A stretch of DNA of 64,000 nucleotides, from assembly GCA_973895155.1 (NCBI GenBank), contig OZ316892.1, forward strand, positions 23,351,168 to 23,415,167, read 5' to 3'. Position 1 is the first letter of the stretch. Every line of letters begins with the position of its first letter. The stretch is from Marsupella aquatica. Its lineage: Eukaryota; Plantae; Marchantiophyta. Below the pieces are notes generated by a model. It did not search any database and was not told the DNA's origin. It was given only the letters and a program-made list of their open reading frames with translations. Below, piece after piece: positions 1-13,709 of the stretch. A program made the position numbers and the translations under genes.

Positions 1-314
1 TTTAGTTCTACCCTTTGCTTCTACCCCATTGCACTTCTACCCCGGCCTATGCACGTTTTCTTCCTTCTTTGTTACAATGATGGGAGCGGAATCATGGGAG
101 ACACCTCAAAAAATGAGAGTATCACACATGATGGGAAGGCCGTAGATCTGGAAAACACAACACAACACAATAAAATGGTCTCCATATTAGTAGTCAATAG
201 TCGATACTTCTAGATCTCCTTACCACAAGCAGGTACATGTCTTTTCTGCAATGAAACTTCTTCATCAAAGGCAGGTCCCAGAGGGGGCAAGCCTAGCTAT
301 TCTAGTCATTAATT

Positions 315-318
<4 letters not shown>

Positions 319-357
<39 letters not shown>
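319..357. repeat. (AG)19 microsatellite
   Basis: Perfect AG dinucleotide run read directly from the sequence. Confidence 0.97.
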
Positions 358-359
<2 letters not shown>

Positions 360-2385
360 ATTGATCCCACTTCACAAGATAAGCTAGGAATATTGATTCT
401 CTTAACTGAGAATTCCCAAAGACAGAAGTGGGGATGGAAGTAAAGAGAAAAAGTACGTTTAATTTCAAGACATACAGAGATTGAAATGAAATCAAAGAAA
501 CCAACAAGACCCTTGTGTACATGTGGTGTAAGAGCCGAGTGCTCAGGAAATAAAATTATGAGAGGCCAGGGCAAGGCTGTCTATAGCAGGACTTACTCTA
601 GAGGAGTTTTCGATTAAACATACTAAATAGAATTGAAATGTGATAAAGATTCTAAGGAGTAATAGCTTTCAAACTAGAGGCAACTTACTGACAAGCTTCA
701 TATATGAATAATTGCCATGGGCCACAAAAGGTGAAAATGGAGCGCTAGCTAGAAAGTGCGAAAACAAAGTAGAATGGCATGGAGGCAAGCGCTCGGATCC
801 GATCCTTATAATTAACCGTTGCAGCAGCTGAAGAACATGCATGGAACGTGAGAGATGATCGAATATATATATGGATGTGGCATTGACAACAGACTACAAG
901 ACTACTACTCTCCCTTAGAGAGTGACAGACTGTACGTTGACTTGATTGATGAAATTAATAGTATTGACCAAAGGTCGATACGTACACTGGCTCTGCATGC
1001 ACACACGATGCTTTGGCTGCAGCGGCAAAGTGCCCGTGTTGTTACAATCTCTTTCAGGAGGGCCTTCCCTAATCTGATGAAACTATACTAGCTTTAATTT
1101 GCTTTAATTCTTGGCTTCAATCTAATTTGTTCAATTGAATGTGATTAATTATACATACAGACTCCTCAATTATTCAACTGCTAGTTGTCTCTAAGAGAAT
1201 AATAAAGTTGCTATTGTGTATCCTAATATAACCTGCTAGTTTTCCATTATGCAACGCTTAGCTCAATCTCGTTGATCGGGCCTACTTAGGTCTTCTTGAT
1301 TGAACTAACTTCAAATAACCCAGCCAAATTAAAACATATTGAGATCACTCACTCGAGCAAATTTGATTAACAATTATGAGCCTAGAATTCACACTCACAA
1401 TGTCATTGAGTTTTCAGATCCATGGACCTACCAGGGCTGGCTTCCGAGGGACCTTGCATGTATATATCATGAAATAGATTAATCTTGGCACATATATTTA
1501 CATGGAAAACAGGTCTAGATAAGACCTTGGCCTACCTATGGCTACCTTGCTACGACCATCTAGAGTCATTCATACTATCTTATTTAGGGGATTTTTAGAA
1601 GAACGCTTTGGTAAGTTTCTCCCAGTTGATATAGAGCAGATATGGAATGAGCCCAAACAAATTCCAAGAAAGTGCGCTCTAAGACAATGAATGATCGAGC
1701 AATGAAATTTTGAAAACAACAATAAAATGGCAAAATTTTAGTTTTAACATTGTAAATTTATTTGTTCACTTGAAGGAAGGTTTACAACAATTATTAGGGG
1801 AAAACAAATAGATATACCAGCTATATATTTTCATATTAGCTGGGTGTATCTTCCTTGTTCTATATTCATTTCTCATACAGACACTGATAGTTTTCATAAA
1901 TCATGTATTTCCGGATTAATTCTGATAAATATTGTCGTCCCCATCACAGTTGTTTTTGGCAGTTTAATTTCATCTCAAAAACAATGTTATATCTACACAG
2001 TACTTATTAGAGTGTTGCCCGCTAGTACATTAACAGTACGGCCCCATTGTATATATTGTAATTGGTAGAGGCCCCGCGGAACACTTTCTGGAAGGCCACC
2101 TAATTAATTAATGTGGGAATACTAATTAAATCTGATAAAGCCTATGTACAGCCAAGCAGGGCACTCACAATTCCCTACATTACAAAAAGGGTCACATAAG
2201 GTTGACCTGGTAGAACGTTGTCATGTTAAAGATGGGAAAACCTTCCCCATAAAGGGTGGACTAGGCAAGGCGATGGTGGATCTAACGAGACTGGATTTGC
2301 TTTAGTGACACAACCTTGGAAGTCCAGGTGGACACTGTGGAATGATATCCTTTATTGTGAAAATATATTCATGTAGTCAAGGCTT

Positions 2386-4330
2386 CTATATAGCTTGATC
2401 ATTCAAGTAATCCTCATAGAGCAGGTACAGACGCATTGTAGCTATTGCATCATCAACCTGCGCGCATAGTGCATGAGCCCATAAAAATCAATCATCTTAA
2501 CTTAATTAAGCATGGGTTCCTAGTCACCCCTAGTATGATTCAGTACTTAGGGTTGTAGGTTTACTTAAAACTTAACCAAGTATCTTTAATGTAATTAACT
2601 TGCCAGGTTCAAATGATCAAAATCTTAACACTTACCGGACTGTGGCAAGCCTGTTGGATTTCTTGACCCAGATGTATAGATGTCATAAGCTTGAGGTTCG
2701 ACTTTTTCTCACCATGTGGCAAATTTTTCCTGAAATATTTAGTTGTACGTTGATTTGTTGAGTTAGAGTATATATCTGTCATACATTAATAGAAAACCAA
2801 CCTTGGCCACAACACCTATTTTGTCAATTGCTCATATATTAATAGAAAACTAACCGCCACGTGCAACACTTATTTTGTCAATTGCACACCTATGATATTA
2901 AAAGAGCAATACAACTTACTGCATGCAAAACTAGTTATGGAGTGGACAAGTACGTTACATGAAAAACTTTTGTGTATCTCTTAGATCAACCAATGGGTGA
3001 TTCATTTCAAGTGCCTGCAATTTGCAAACGGGAGATGCAAGTTTAGACAAATTAAATCCTTTAATTACATGACAAAAGATGGTGCGAAAAGCTGTCCATC
3101 ATTGCTTGAAGACTAGTACGTCAATTTCTAAAACTAGCTCTGAACCCTAAAACTGACACCGAACTATTCAATTCACTTACCTTGCTACCAATGATTCACA
3201 AGCTACGTACCTCCAACAATTAATTTGAGGTGTCCTAAGGAAACATCCGTCACTTTTCTATAAGACTTATACAAAAGATTTATGACAGCTGAGTAATAGA
3301 AGTTTCCACAAACCATAAGGTCTCTTTTGATGTCATGTCCCACCAAGATGTTACCCCTTAAGATGCGATAAAGTTCTTCCTGAACCCTCTCTAGTGAAGG
3401 GGCTGCAAAAACAAAATTTATGCAATAAGAACTATTAATTAATAGTTTTGCTGGGACAGTACGTTTTGCTGGTCCTAGCCTGCATGTTACAAGATCGTTC
3501 CAATTCCAAGTCTAATAATGATCTGAATTATCTAGCGCGTGGAATTTATTGATTACAGAAAATGGGATTAAAGGATACTTGATAACAGGCACTTATATCC
3601 TTTTCTGACTCTCAGACAATATATATCCTCGTGAACAATACACTATCATGCAGTACTAGTAGAGCCAAAAATTTCACATACTAAAGAGAAACCATAAAGC
3701 ATTTGATAAAGTCCTACCTCCCTCCAGACTCTGCCTTGTAATCCCACTCAACGATGTGAAGTAATTGGAGATTGGGTGCTGCTGAGAAATGTAAGTTTCA
3801 TACACTATATTCTTGTCTCTATCCACCTGAATATAAATAAGCACAAAAGCGGTCAAAGGACTATTGAAAGGGCTAGTTCAATAGCGACCACATTAACGTA
3901 CTTACTCCAACTTATGATAAGACTTTACACCACATACTCAATAAATCATGAGATTACAATTTTGCAAGAGTGGCCAAAAGTAAGATATTCAGACACAAAA
4001 TTTACTTGGCCGGGTCCTCGAAGATCGATTAAAGGAAGGTTTAGACAGTGAAGAAGTTACGTACCACACATACTCTGCCAGCTTTACGTATGGTTTTGGT
4101 GCATCCTGGCAGTGTCACGCCAACCATTTCGCAATCCAAGGCAAAAGCTTGTTTTTCACTATTCAAAAGTGATAATAATCCAGTGGTCAGACTCAGATTA
4201 GTCATCTACCTCAAGAAATCTATGGTGCCGAGTCTCTAACAAATCTACACTGTACTCAAATTAGTGGAACTAACCTTAGGGATGCCTTTGTTTTCACTGA
4301 AGCCTTCAAAGCATCCATTTGTGTCATCCC
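2386..4330 (-). CDS. Host DEDDh 3'-5' exonuclease, REX4/ISG20 (RNA exonuclease 4)-like; multi-exon; 5' exons probably extend to about 6270
   Basis: Manual splicing of GT-AG exons (about 4276-4330, 4065-4158, 3718-3826, about 3315-3402, about 2959-3014, about 2636-2729, 2386-2457) gives ...KQAFALDCEMVGVTLPGCTKTIRKAGRVCV/VDRDKNIVYETYISQQHPISNYFTSLSGITRQSLEG/APSLERVQEELYRILRGNILVGHDIKRDLM/ALEMNHPLVDLRDTQKFF/MKNL...QQACHSP/VDDAIATMRLYLLYEDYLNDQAI*. This contains ExoI (DCE), ExoII (GH...D) and ExoIII (H.PVDD) motifs. The N-terminal exons are not resolved. Confidence 0.85.
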
Positions 4331-6839
4331 TGCAGCACGAATGAAGGCGTATAATTAATAGCCAAAACTAGTAGGATGGGTGGGGCCAACCCTACCTGGA
4401 CAATTCCAGGGTCAGCAGTTGGCAGGAAACCGATCAATCTCTCTGTGAATTTAATCCGAAAATGCATGGCTTCTCCTCTCAACTGGGCTTTCAGAAAAAT
4501 GATATCTTGCCGTTCAATTCAAAATACTGAGCAGAAATTAAGTGATAAGTTTATTAATGAGCTAGTTCATTTCAGTTTGCAAATAAGGGAATGAAATAAA
4601 GAAATAACTAAAATAAGCTCTTCAATTCAGATGTTCATATATTTAACAAGGAGTTTCTTTGTACATACACTTCTCCCTGAGGCTTATAGGGCCCCCTGGC
4701 TGCTCAGGTGTCAACAGCTCCTGCACCTGTCTGTATTGCATGCCAAGGGCAGGCCAGGCCAAATACAGAACCGAAAATAAATTAACACACTGAATATATC
4801 TGATTCACATCTTATCTTACAAACAGGAATCACAAAGTAGAGCATCGACCTACACAAGCTCCTGCTGAAAATTTAATTGCATGGAATGCATGTGTGGTGT
4901 TTGAGTTCAAAATTTAGTTCCACGTATCAATTTAATAATGTATATCTAGAACAAGTGAGTCTTGCTTTCCAGCATGATTCTACTTTTAAAATAGCTAGGT
5001 TTATGCTGTAGATTAATTTGTAGGTAATCGAGTCCAAGAAATCAATAAGGGACTGCATAGCTCTTTCATTTATGATGTGCTCGTGTGGGACCAACTTACC
5101 TTGTAAATGTTTCTTTCTCCTCTGAAATCTCCGTTTGTGCCATCCCTATATATAGTCAAAGTTGAGGCATATCTTAGTATGAACGTCATACACTGACTTA
5201 GGTAATGGTTGAAACAGTAGGGTGGGTCTCCCTAATTAATTCGATTGAGTACGTACTAGCCCTGCATTAAACTTGAAAACATAACAAATCCGATGGTCTT
5301 GATGGTAAAGCAGAAATATACAAGTATTTTACGTCCCTTGTATGACAGAAAATTGTCTTGGTACATACACTGTTCCCTGATGTCCACGAGACTCTTATGT
5401 TTTCACCACTCAAGAGCTTCTGCCTCTGTCTGCAGTGCAAGGCTTCGATCAAGTGCTTCTCGGTCCACGGTATTTGAGATTCGCTTAGTGATCGATGTCA
5501 CTTGTAGTTTCCCTCTTTGAACACGATCTTGTCCGAATAATGCTTGATCAGACTGACGTACCAAGATCGATCACCATTGAAGAATACGTTCTTCTCGAGA
5601 CTCTCTAGTTTCCAGTTTGTAAGGCCCGCTCATAGGACTTCTTGAAGAGACAGCAATTCCTGCATTGTGCATCGTCCTCGATCGATGGATTATATATGCT
5701 AACTTAATTAGCTTTAGCTCATCATATTAGTTCAATTAATTTTCTATTGTAAGATCATTCAATTCTGAGTAACTACCTGCCCATCTATTTGGAACTTCTT
5801 AGCATATATATATCAAGCTCAGGTTTACTAGTAAACTGACTTCAGCTAGCTAGCTAGTGAAGAGATAACCCTACTAGTTGATTAGATCCAAATCTATCGA
5901 TATATCATTTGCATCCTTCTAGCTAGAGGGTAGACTTCTCTCGATCTTAACAAAGATTCATTAAAGTGAGATGAGACCATAGAAAACGATAGAAATACAT
6001 CTCCAAGGCCTGATAATATAGTACGTTGGAAGAGAGATTGACTCGTACCTGTTGAAGTTGACCCCGGCCCGTGCCGTGGGGAAATATTATAACCCAATCC
6101 ACTCCGCTAAGGAAATTACCATGTCAATCCAGAGAGAAACAAATCGTACTTGCATGTGATTGCCAATGGGATTGAGTCGTGTTATCTTGAAGCTGGCTAA
6201 ATTTCTAGTAGAAAACCAGTCACTTTGATTACTTGAATTAAGCCGCAGAGAACTAGAAGAGATACTGCATCTGAGAATAGCAAACACGGCGAAGCCTTTT
6301 ATAGCTAGCTAAGAAAACTGCAGCACCGTAAGTGTATGACCTAGACCGAACTTGTCAGCTGTCAGTAGCTAATCTGAGGACTTTACTGACTATGTACTAC
6401 CTACTTGTAAAGTTTGAGGTGCGACTAATCTACAGGGATAGTACCTACGTTTATGGTTTGGTTCAAAGTAGACTACGGAATATATGAAGTAAGTAACACA
6501 ACACCAATTAACTCGATCAGGCAAATTTGCATTCCCGTATTGACTCGGGAGGCTTGTTTGGCCAGGCCTGCCCAAAACAAGCATTTGATCGATCGATCTT
6601 GTTGCTTAATCCAAGAGCTAGACCTACTGCAATGCCGAGGTCCTAACCACTGCTTAGTAGCCTTTCATTTCATTTGACGCTAGATATGGGAGGCTCTGCG
6701 TGGGATGCACAATAAGACCGGGCCACATCCATTTCAATGGACTGTAAGTAACCCCACAGGCGGCGCTAGCTCAAATGTAATTCCAATCATCATACACTGT
6801 AAGTTGAATTAAAATTAAATTCATGATTGCAAGTGTTAT

Positions 6840-7110
6840 ATATATATTTATTTGCTTTCAAACCATTGCCAAGGCACCTGACCGAAGATAACAAAAACAT
6901 ATGATGATATTTTGCAATGAACTTGTTAGTATAGGGGTCTTTGAAACAATGCAAATGTGGTTTCTCATGAGTGGTCACACCCATGGGAACGTTGATGCAC
7001 TGTTTAATTTCTAAAGTATCAAACCAAGTGAAGTATAATCCAGGAAATTTCTATCCTCTCGAGGTTGATGGTTAAAGTTTGGAAGTGTGAAAGCATTTAT
7101 TCTATGCCAC
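6840..7110 (+). pseudogene. Degenerate DUF7869 (Sola-like) transposase fragment
   Basis: Frameshifted translation gives EDNKN.MMIFCNELVSIGVFETMQMWFLMSGHTHGNVDALF. This matches RENKN...VFRKIKLGFLLVGHTHDQIDQMF in the genes at 51-62 kb. Confidence 0.7.
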
Positions 7111-7613
7111 AATTGCCACCTAAGTGACACTCATAATTAAAATTGCATAGTTAAAAGCACTAACAAGCACTGGTTAGTGCTAACTGTCAGTGTGCGAGTA
7201 CTTAACTTTTTAGTTAGATTAACTGCCAAGAATCAACTTAACTATTTGGTAACTTGTTTCACCCTGCAAGCTAGTCCTGTAAATTTTTTGTTGTGGCGGA
7301 GAGCGGTGTCATGCGCAACCACCCTGCCAACACTACTGGGGACTGTTAGGGATTTTGTGCTGAGTGTTGTGCGGGGACTGAGTGTCGTGCTGAGTAGCTG
7401 CAGCATTTAATTTTTGTGAATTCAAAATGGACAGTGCTCCCGCTACCTCTATTTTCTCCATTCCTAACTCTCAACAATCAGTGAGACCTCTAGCGCTAAA
7501 TTCAGATCTTGAGTGCAGCTTTCAAATTCTTTGTAACAAATGTTGTGATGTTCTTCACAATGCTTTCCGTTGTGCGGGGTGCAACAACGCGGCAGAAGGT
7601 GTGCACTAAACTA

Positions 7614-8807
7614 CCCGGGTATGCAACTACCCTTTTTATAATTAAAGCAAGGTTTTAATTCCTTATAATGCCTTTATATATCCAATTGACCATTTAGAGA
7701 GCTCGTTTTAGTCTACTATAGTCTTGTACTTCTCAACTCAAGGAATCCAAAATTAGTTTGTGGACCCCTATTAACGGAAAGCTTCAGACGACATCAACTC
7801 CTTGAACTCCTGAAAGTCTACCTTCCCATTACCGTCCGCATCGACTCCCTTGATCATCTACTGACACTTCTTATAACTATGTCCTTTCATGCCCAGGCTC
7901 TTCAACACCATTTGCACGTAGACGAGGCCCTTATTGAACCTTGCTAAGTAAGCTTGCTTCTCTTTCGTTCACTCGTGCCTCACGCGTTGGACAATCTAAC
8001 AGTAGCGAGAGGCATCACCGAGTTAGGAACTGCAATGATGACGCCATGGAAAGGAGTGTTGAGTGATCAACATAGAATCATGTCCACCTCTTCCTTCGTG
8101 GCAACAGAAGGTTGAGAAAATTGTCATGATTACTTTGTCATCAGATCAACTTGCCGAGAGAGATTTAGTTATTATTCAATTGAAACACAATTCAGAATGT
8201 GGATGGGCAGCAGTTACTCAGGGTAAAAAAATGGAAGGTGGGCCTCCTACCAATTGAACAATCTATTACCTAGGGTAAATAAAATGGTTATTTTTCAAAC
8301 ATTTTTACATTAAGATTTACGGCATGGCATCCTCCACTTTACCAAAATCATGCCACAGACACGAATGTTGAAGCAATTTTATTTTGTGAACCAATCCATA
8401 CCTGTTTGCAGCGCGTCTCAATGACGCGGCGCATTGTGGAGTCTCGAATTTTGGAAGGGACCTCTAGTGGGGTCCGTAAATATCACTCAAAAGGAAAATT
8501 AATCGTATATGTTTTGATGTACACAATGTTGATCAAAACCAAATTATATGGGTTTTTTTTAATACAGGGGTCTACAGCCAAACTAACCAGCTTTTTTATT
8601 GAAATTTTAAAAATCTTTTAATAAAAATTACAACATGTGTTAGCTAGTAGGAATGTTTTTAATTTCATATGGAAAAAAGAAGAAAACCAAACCTTTGATA
8701 TGACCCCAGGTTTTCTCAAATTTAAATTATTTTATATACTTAGCCAACTTTTTAGTCCACATAAAAATGTAGACCCCTGTCTATAATACAAGAGTTGTGG
8801 CCCCGGG
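7614..8807. mobile_element. Non-autonomous TIR element (CCCGGG termini, 8-bp TSD) with an internal captured segment of about 750 bp
   Basis: Flanked by CTAAACTA (7606-7613) and CTAAACTC (8808-8815). Segments 7614-7752 and about 8505-8807 are an inverted, diverged copy of the element at 9482-9965. Confidence 0.8.
7771..7914 (-). pseudogene. Calmodulin-like (CML) C-terminal EF-hand gene fragment
   Basis: Translates QMVLKSLGMKGHSYKKCQ*MIKGVDADGNGKVDFQEFKELMSSEAFR*. It has a canonical EF-hand loop (DADGNGKVDFQE) and one in-frame TAG. Confidence 0.85.
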
Positions 8808-9113
8808 CTAAACTCACTAGTAGAAACCACCCCATTTTGTGACCAGACCAGTTATGACAGGCACCACCAAAGTATTAGGATTCAGCATCCAACGTTGCGA
8901 TGCTTGCCTTGTATGAGGCCACCACTAGCTAGCTGTAGACTTGTCGTTATTCACCATGTACATAGGAACGTTAGATTTAGGGCTAATGTAGTTTTACGGG
9001 TCAGATTAAGACCCACTCCCGTCTATTCCGCTGGGATGTAATCGGGCCTAGTTGATTAGTGGCCATTCTTCCACTTTCACTTATCATTCAATAAAAAGCA
9101 GAAAAGTTTTTCA

Positions 9114-9125
9114 TGGTATTAGAGC
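9114..9125 (+). promoter_or_regulatory. Primer-binding site (tRNA-iMet 3' end) of the outer Copia
   Basis: TGGTATTAGAGC differs by one base from the canonical TGGTATCAGAGC and directly follows TCA. Confidence 0.75.
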
Positions 9126-9481
9126 TAGATTGCGCACGGACTGATTGCTGCACACTGACTGATTGCACTGCATCTATTATGGTGCGAAGATGAGCAATGT
9201 GAGCAGCACCTCACAATATTCACAGAGCAGCAGCTCACAGGGTGGCAGCTCGCAGAGTAGCGGCGCACACAATGTCAACCTTGATCTTGATTCACTCAAG
9301 GGGCTGAATTATTCCGAGAAGGAGATTTAACTAGATGGATCAAAAAATTTCATCAGTTAAGTTGGTCCTTTAAGGTCGAACGTCAGTTTTGGAAAGATAA
9401 AAGTCTGGTGGGAACTCATCAGTCCAGACACTTCCAGACGAGTATAGCTGAGTCCTGAACAACGGGAGGAGAAGATTGAAA

Positions 9482-9965
9482 CCCAGGTACGCAACTCTCA
9501 TATAATAGACAGGGGTCTATATTTTTATATGGACTAAAAAGTTGGCTATACAAAATAATTAAAATTTGAAAAACCTTGGGTTTTCTACTTTTAAAAATTT
9601 TCAAGTCATATTATAAATGGTTTGGTTTTCTTCATTTTCCATATGAAATTAAAAAATATTCCTATACATGTTGTAATTTTTATTAAAAGATTTTTAAAAT
9701 TATAATAAAAATCCTAAAAAGCTGGCTAGTTTGGCTGTATACCCTTGTATTAAAAAAAACCCATATATACTTTGGTTTTGATCAACTTTTTGCACATCAA
9801 AACATGTTTGGTTTTTTCTTTAAGTTACATTTTTTGATTCCTTGAGTTCAGAGGTACAAGACTTTAGTAGACCAAAATGAAATCTAAGATGGTCAATTGG
9901 ATATAAGGCCATTATAAGGAATTAAAAACTTGCCTTATAAAAAGGGAAGTTGTAGCATACCCGGG
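9482..9965. mobile_element. 484-bp MITE inserted in Copia gag
   Basis: Termini CCCAGGTACGCAAC...GTAGCATACCCGGG with a perfect 8-bp TSD GATTGAAA (9474-9481 and 9966-9973). The gag reading frame resumes on either side. Confidence 0.9.
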
Positions 9966-12900
9966 GATTGAAAGGACCACCTACATCTTCTCGATGACGG
10001 TAAAAGACCACATCATCCCTATTAATTGTTAAGAAGCACATTGATGATCCTGCCAAGTTGTGGTTGCAACTCAAGAGTCATTTCGAATCTGCTGTCCTAG
10101 GCAAACAGCTCGTTTTGCGGGAGAAGCTATCTCTCGTGCATTTATCTGAAGGAGGCAGCCTGGAAGAATACATTCATGAACTAGACTACTTAGTCAATCA
10201 TGCAGCTTGTTGACATTGATTTCCAAATTGAAGATAAGGAGCTAATTTGCATTGCTCTTAAGGGTCTGCCAGCCAGTTGGAGACCATTCATATCTTCATT
10301 TAGCACCATCTTGCATCAGTTTCCCAAGCTCACTTTTTCTGACCTTATTGGCCATCTTGAAGCTGAAGAATTGCAGCGCACATTGGGAAAAATAGAAGAA
10401 GCTGCACTAGCTGTTACCATTATATTAACAGCTATCGTGGCAGCTCCTCCCGCGGACAAGGACGGGGAAGGAGCTACAGGGGAAGAGGACAAAGCGCTCC
10501 ATTGTCCAATGCCAAGAAGCCTGAATCCTGCAATTTCTGTGGCTTCCTTGGCCACTAGGAGAGTGACTGCCTCAAGAAGATCGAAAGCCAAATTAAGGGT
10601 CTACAAACAAAGCACGCTGACATCAAGGTCGAACTCAAGAAGGGGAAGCATCAGGCTCAAGAAGGGGTCCAAGCTGAAGACTACGGTTCTGAGACGGAAG
10701 ATACTCTAGAAAATCTAGAGGTGAACTTCACGGAACTCAACATGCACAAGTCCCGTAATAAGGACTGGCTCATAGACTCATGTGCTAGTGTGCATGTCAC
10801 AGGAAGTAGATCAACTCTTGATCGAATAGTTCCCTACACTTATGCATCCAATGTAACTACTGCTTCTGGGACCCGTGTCCCCATAGCTGGTAAAGGTAAC
10901 ACCAAATTTGGTGCAAATAAAGTGGTGAAAAAAGTTTTGTACGTGCCTGGTATGACAAAAAATCTCTTATCAGTTGGTCAGCTCGCTGATGCCAGTCACT
11001 CTGTCTTGTTCAACTCCAACAATTGCTATGTCTTGGATAAGGAAGTCAGATCCTAGCAAAATCTTCCTCCATGCTGTTTGAGACAAAAGCAATAGCTTGC
11101 ACAGACTCAATTCTTCTCTTCAGGGTAACGCCAAACTTTGTGCAGAGGCCAACCTTTTTGTGGTTCACTTCTCACCTGCTACATCTTCTGTAGCTCAATC
11201 CTCACCTGTTGCAGCACTTCTTCCTTCAGGACTTTCTCAGTCAGCTCCCTTGGCTAAATCCGTCTATCTCAATTGAACCTGTTCCTGACCCACAAGAACT
11301 CCAGCCTCTGGCAAGTCCTCCTTCTCCATCTTTCTCCACTCCAGTTGATCTCATTGATCCCTTTGACCTGGCCGATCAAGTTGCTAGTAGTGATCATGCA
11401 TAATCCCCCTCTCTCCAATCCTGTTGTCTCCACCCTTTTAAAGACCATCACAGACCAGAGAGCTTCCTGTTTGTTTGAGAGAGGATTATATCTTATCCTA
11501 TTGGCCTAGCAAACCTGACATTTGTCTTGTTCAAACTATTGACAATGTCGACAAGAATATCACTTTTGCACAGGCAATCAATGATCTTGGATGGAGTGCC
11601 GCTATGTGTGAAGAATTTGAGTCCCTGCTCAAAAATGAGACCTGGGATATGGTCCCACTTCCTAAAGGCCAAAAGGCTATTTTTGCTAAGTGGGTGTACA
11701 GGGCCAAGCCTCAATTCAATCCAACTCGTCAACGACTTAAAGCTCGACTTGTTGCTCATGGGTTTAAACAATGCTATGGCATCAATTTTGAGGATATGTT
11801 TTCTCTTGTCGTCAACTGGGCCTCACTTTGTCTAATTATTGCTCTTGCTGCAGCTCTAGGTTGGAAATTACATCACATGGATGTAATCACCGCATTCCTC
11901 AATGGCAAACTCAAGGAACTCATCTACATGCTACAGCCCCCAGGTTTTGCAAAACCCGGGTCAGAACACTTGGTTTGTAAACTGAATCGATCAATTTACG
12001 GTCTTTAACAATCACCTCGCGCGTGGTATGAAGAGATGGATGGCTTTCTTTGCAACAACGCTAGATCCGCAGTACGTACAGCGTGCTGACCATAATCTTT
12101 ACTTCATCCATGATAACGGCAGCATTGTCCTGCTACTTCTCTTTGTTGATGATCTGCTCCTCATAATTGGTAATGATCCTGCAAAAATCAGTGCAGTGAA
12201 GACACAGCTCAGCACCAAATACCACATGAAAGACCTTGGGTGTGTCCAACGATACCTTGGGATTGAGTTTGAAAACACTCCTGCTGGCGTCTTCATTCAT
12301 CAAAACAACTATTGCCACAAATTATTGGCTGATTTTGACATGCAGGATTGCAAGCCCGCTGCAGTACCCCTACCGGATGACACTATTCTTACTTCCAACA
12401 CCTCGATAGCTGACGTCGATGTTACTCATTACTGTCAAATTGTTGGTAAACTCATCTATCTTGCCAACACTCGACCTGACCTTGCGTACTCAGTCGGGAT
12501 CCTCAGTCGCTTCATGTCTCGACCTCAGTAGCGACACCTTGATGCTGCCCATCATGTTCTTCATTACATAAAGGCTACAACTGATTATGGACTATTCTTT
12601 CCGTGCTCTAAAACACTCACCCTTGCAGGCTACACTGATTCTGATCATGTAGCATCACTAGTACATTTTATCGCCCTTTTCCGACAGTGAAAGTATCGAA
12701 ACCCTTCGGCAACTTGCGACCAGATTTTTGGAACTTCCGATTACCACAATATCGGTACATGCCATTTTCTGCACATCGGATATAGACCATCGGACAACTA
12801 TCGGAAACACCGATATTATCTTCATCGGACCATCCGTAATCTAAAATATCGGATATTTTACTATCCGATGCCAGAAGTATCGGACCACCACTTTTTCGCC

Positions 12901-13709
12901 TGTTCTGTTTAGTTCTTGTCCGATTAGTGTCCGTTGGTTGAAACTTTGGAATATCCAATATTATTAGTATTGCAAGTTCCGATGCGGTAAGATTCGGAAG
13001 ATCCGAATGTTCTGGAATGGGAAAGTCCAATACAAAGTGCATCGGAAGGGCGTGGTTTTGGTTGGATGGAGTGGGATGATTTAAGTATCGGAATGGCATC
13101 GGAAAGAGTTCTTTGGGAAGGGGGGATACCACGCTTATTAGCATATTTAGGGGGTTAGAGTTAGGGTGAGGGTTAGGTGTAGGGGTGTTTTGGAGGCATT
13201 TTGGAGCTTATTGAAACAACCATGCAACATAGATCTAATTAGAACCCATGCATGGCCAAAAAGGGTACTCAAGCCCCTAAAATGAATATATACATATAGA
13301 CCCCAATATGTACAAGTGTGATCCACTCGGATCAAATATATAAGAAATAGCAGCCTGCCCCATATGGTCTACACTTTTTGCCCTAACACACTAGGCCTCT
13401 ACTCTGCACATGCTAGTCAACTATCTGACTTGCTACCAGCTCAAAATGGAGCATGTCGTCCCTTCCTCTTTTTGGAACGAGTCCGTGGAGGTCGGGGTGG
13501 AGAAGCCTCGGTGAATGTGGTCTGGTCCATATTGGCTTGGTCCAGGTCGTCTGTCCCAAGTGTAGAGGCAACATGAGGAAGTGGACCAACCCCACCACCA
13601 CCACCATGGGAAGCCCCTGAGCCATGAGTGGGCACACCCTCTTCACTACCTCGGCAAGTATGAAAGGAAGCTGTAGGACCCCCCCACTGGTCCCATCGGC
13701 AGTAGAACG

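Noticed and set aside
800-2100. Possible small plus-strand exons of another host gene
   Set aside because: Splice-like words are present, but I could not assemble a coherent recognisable protein.
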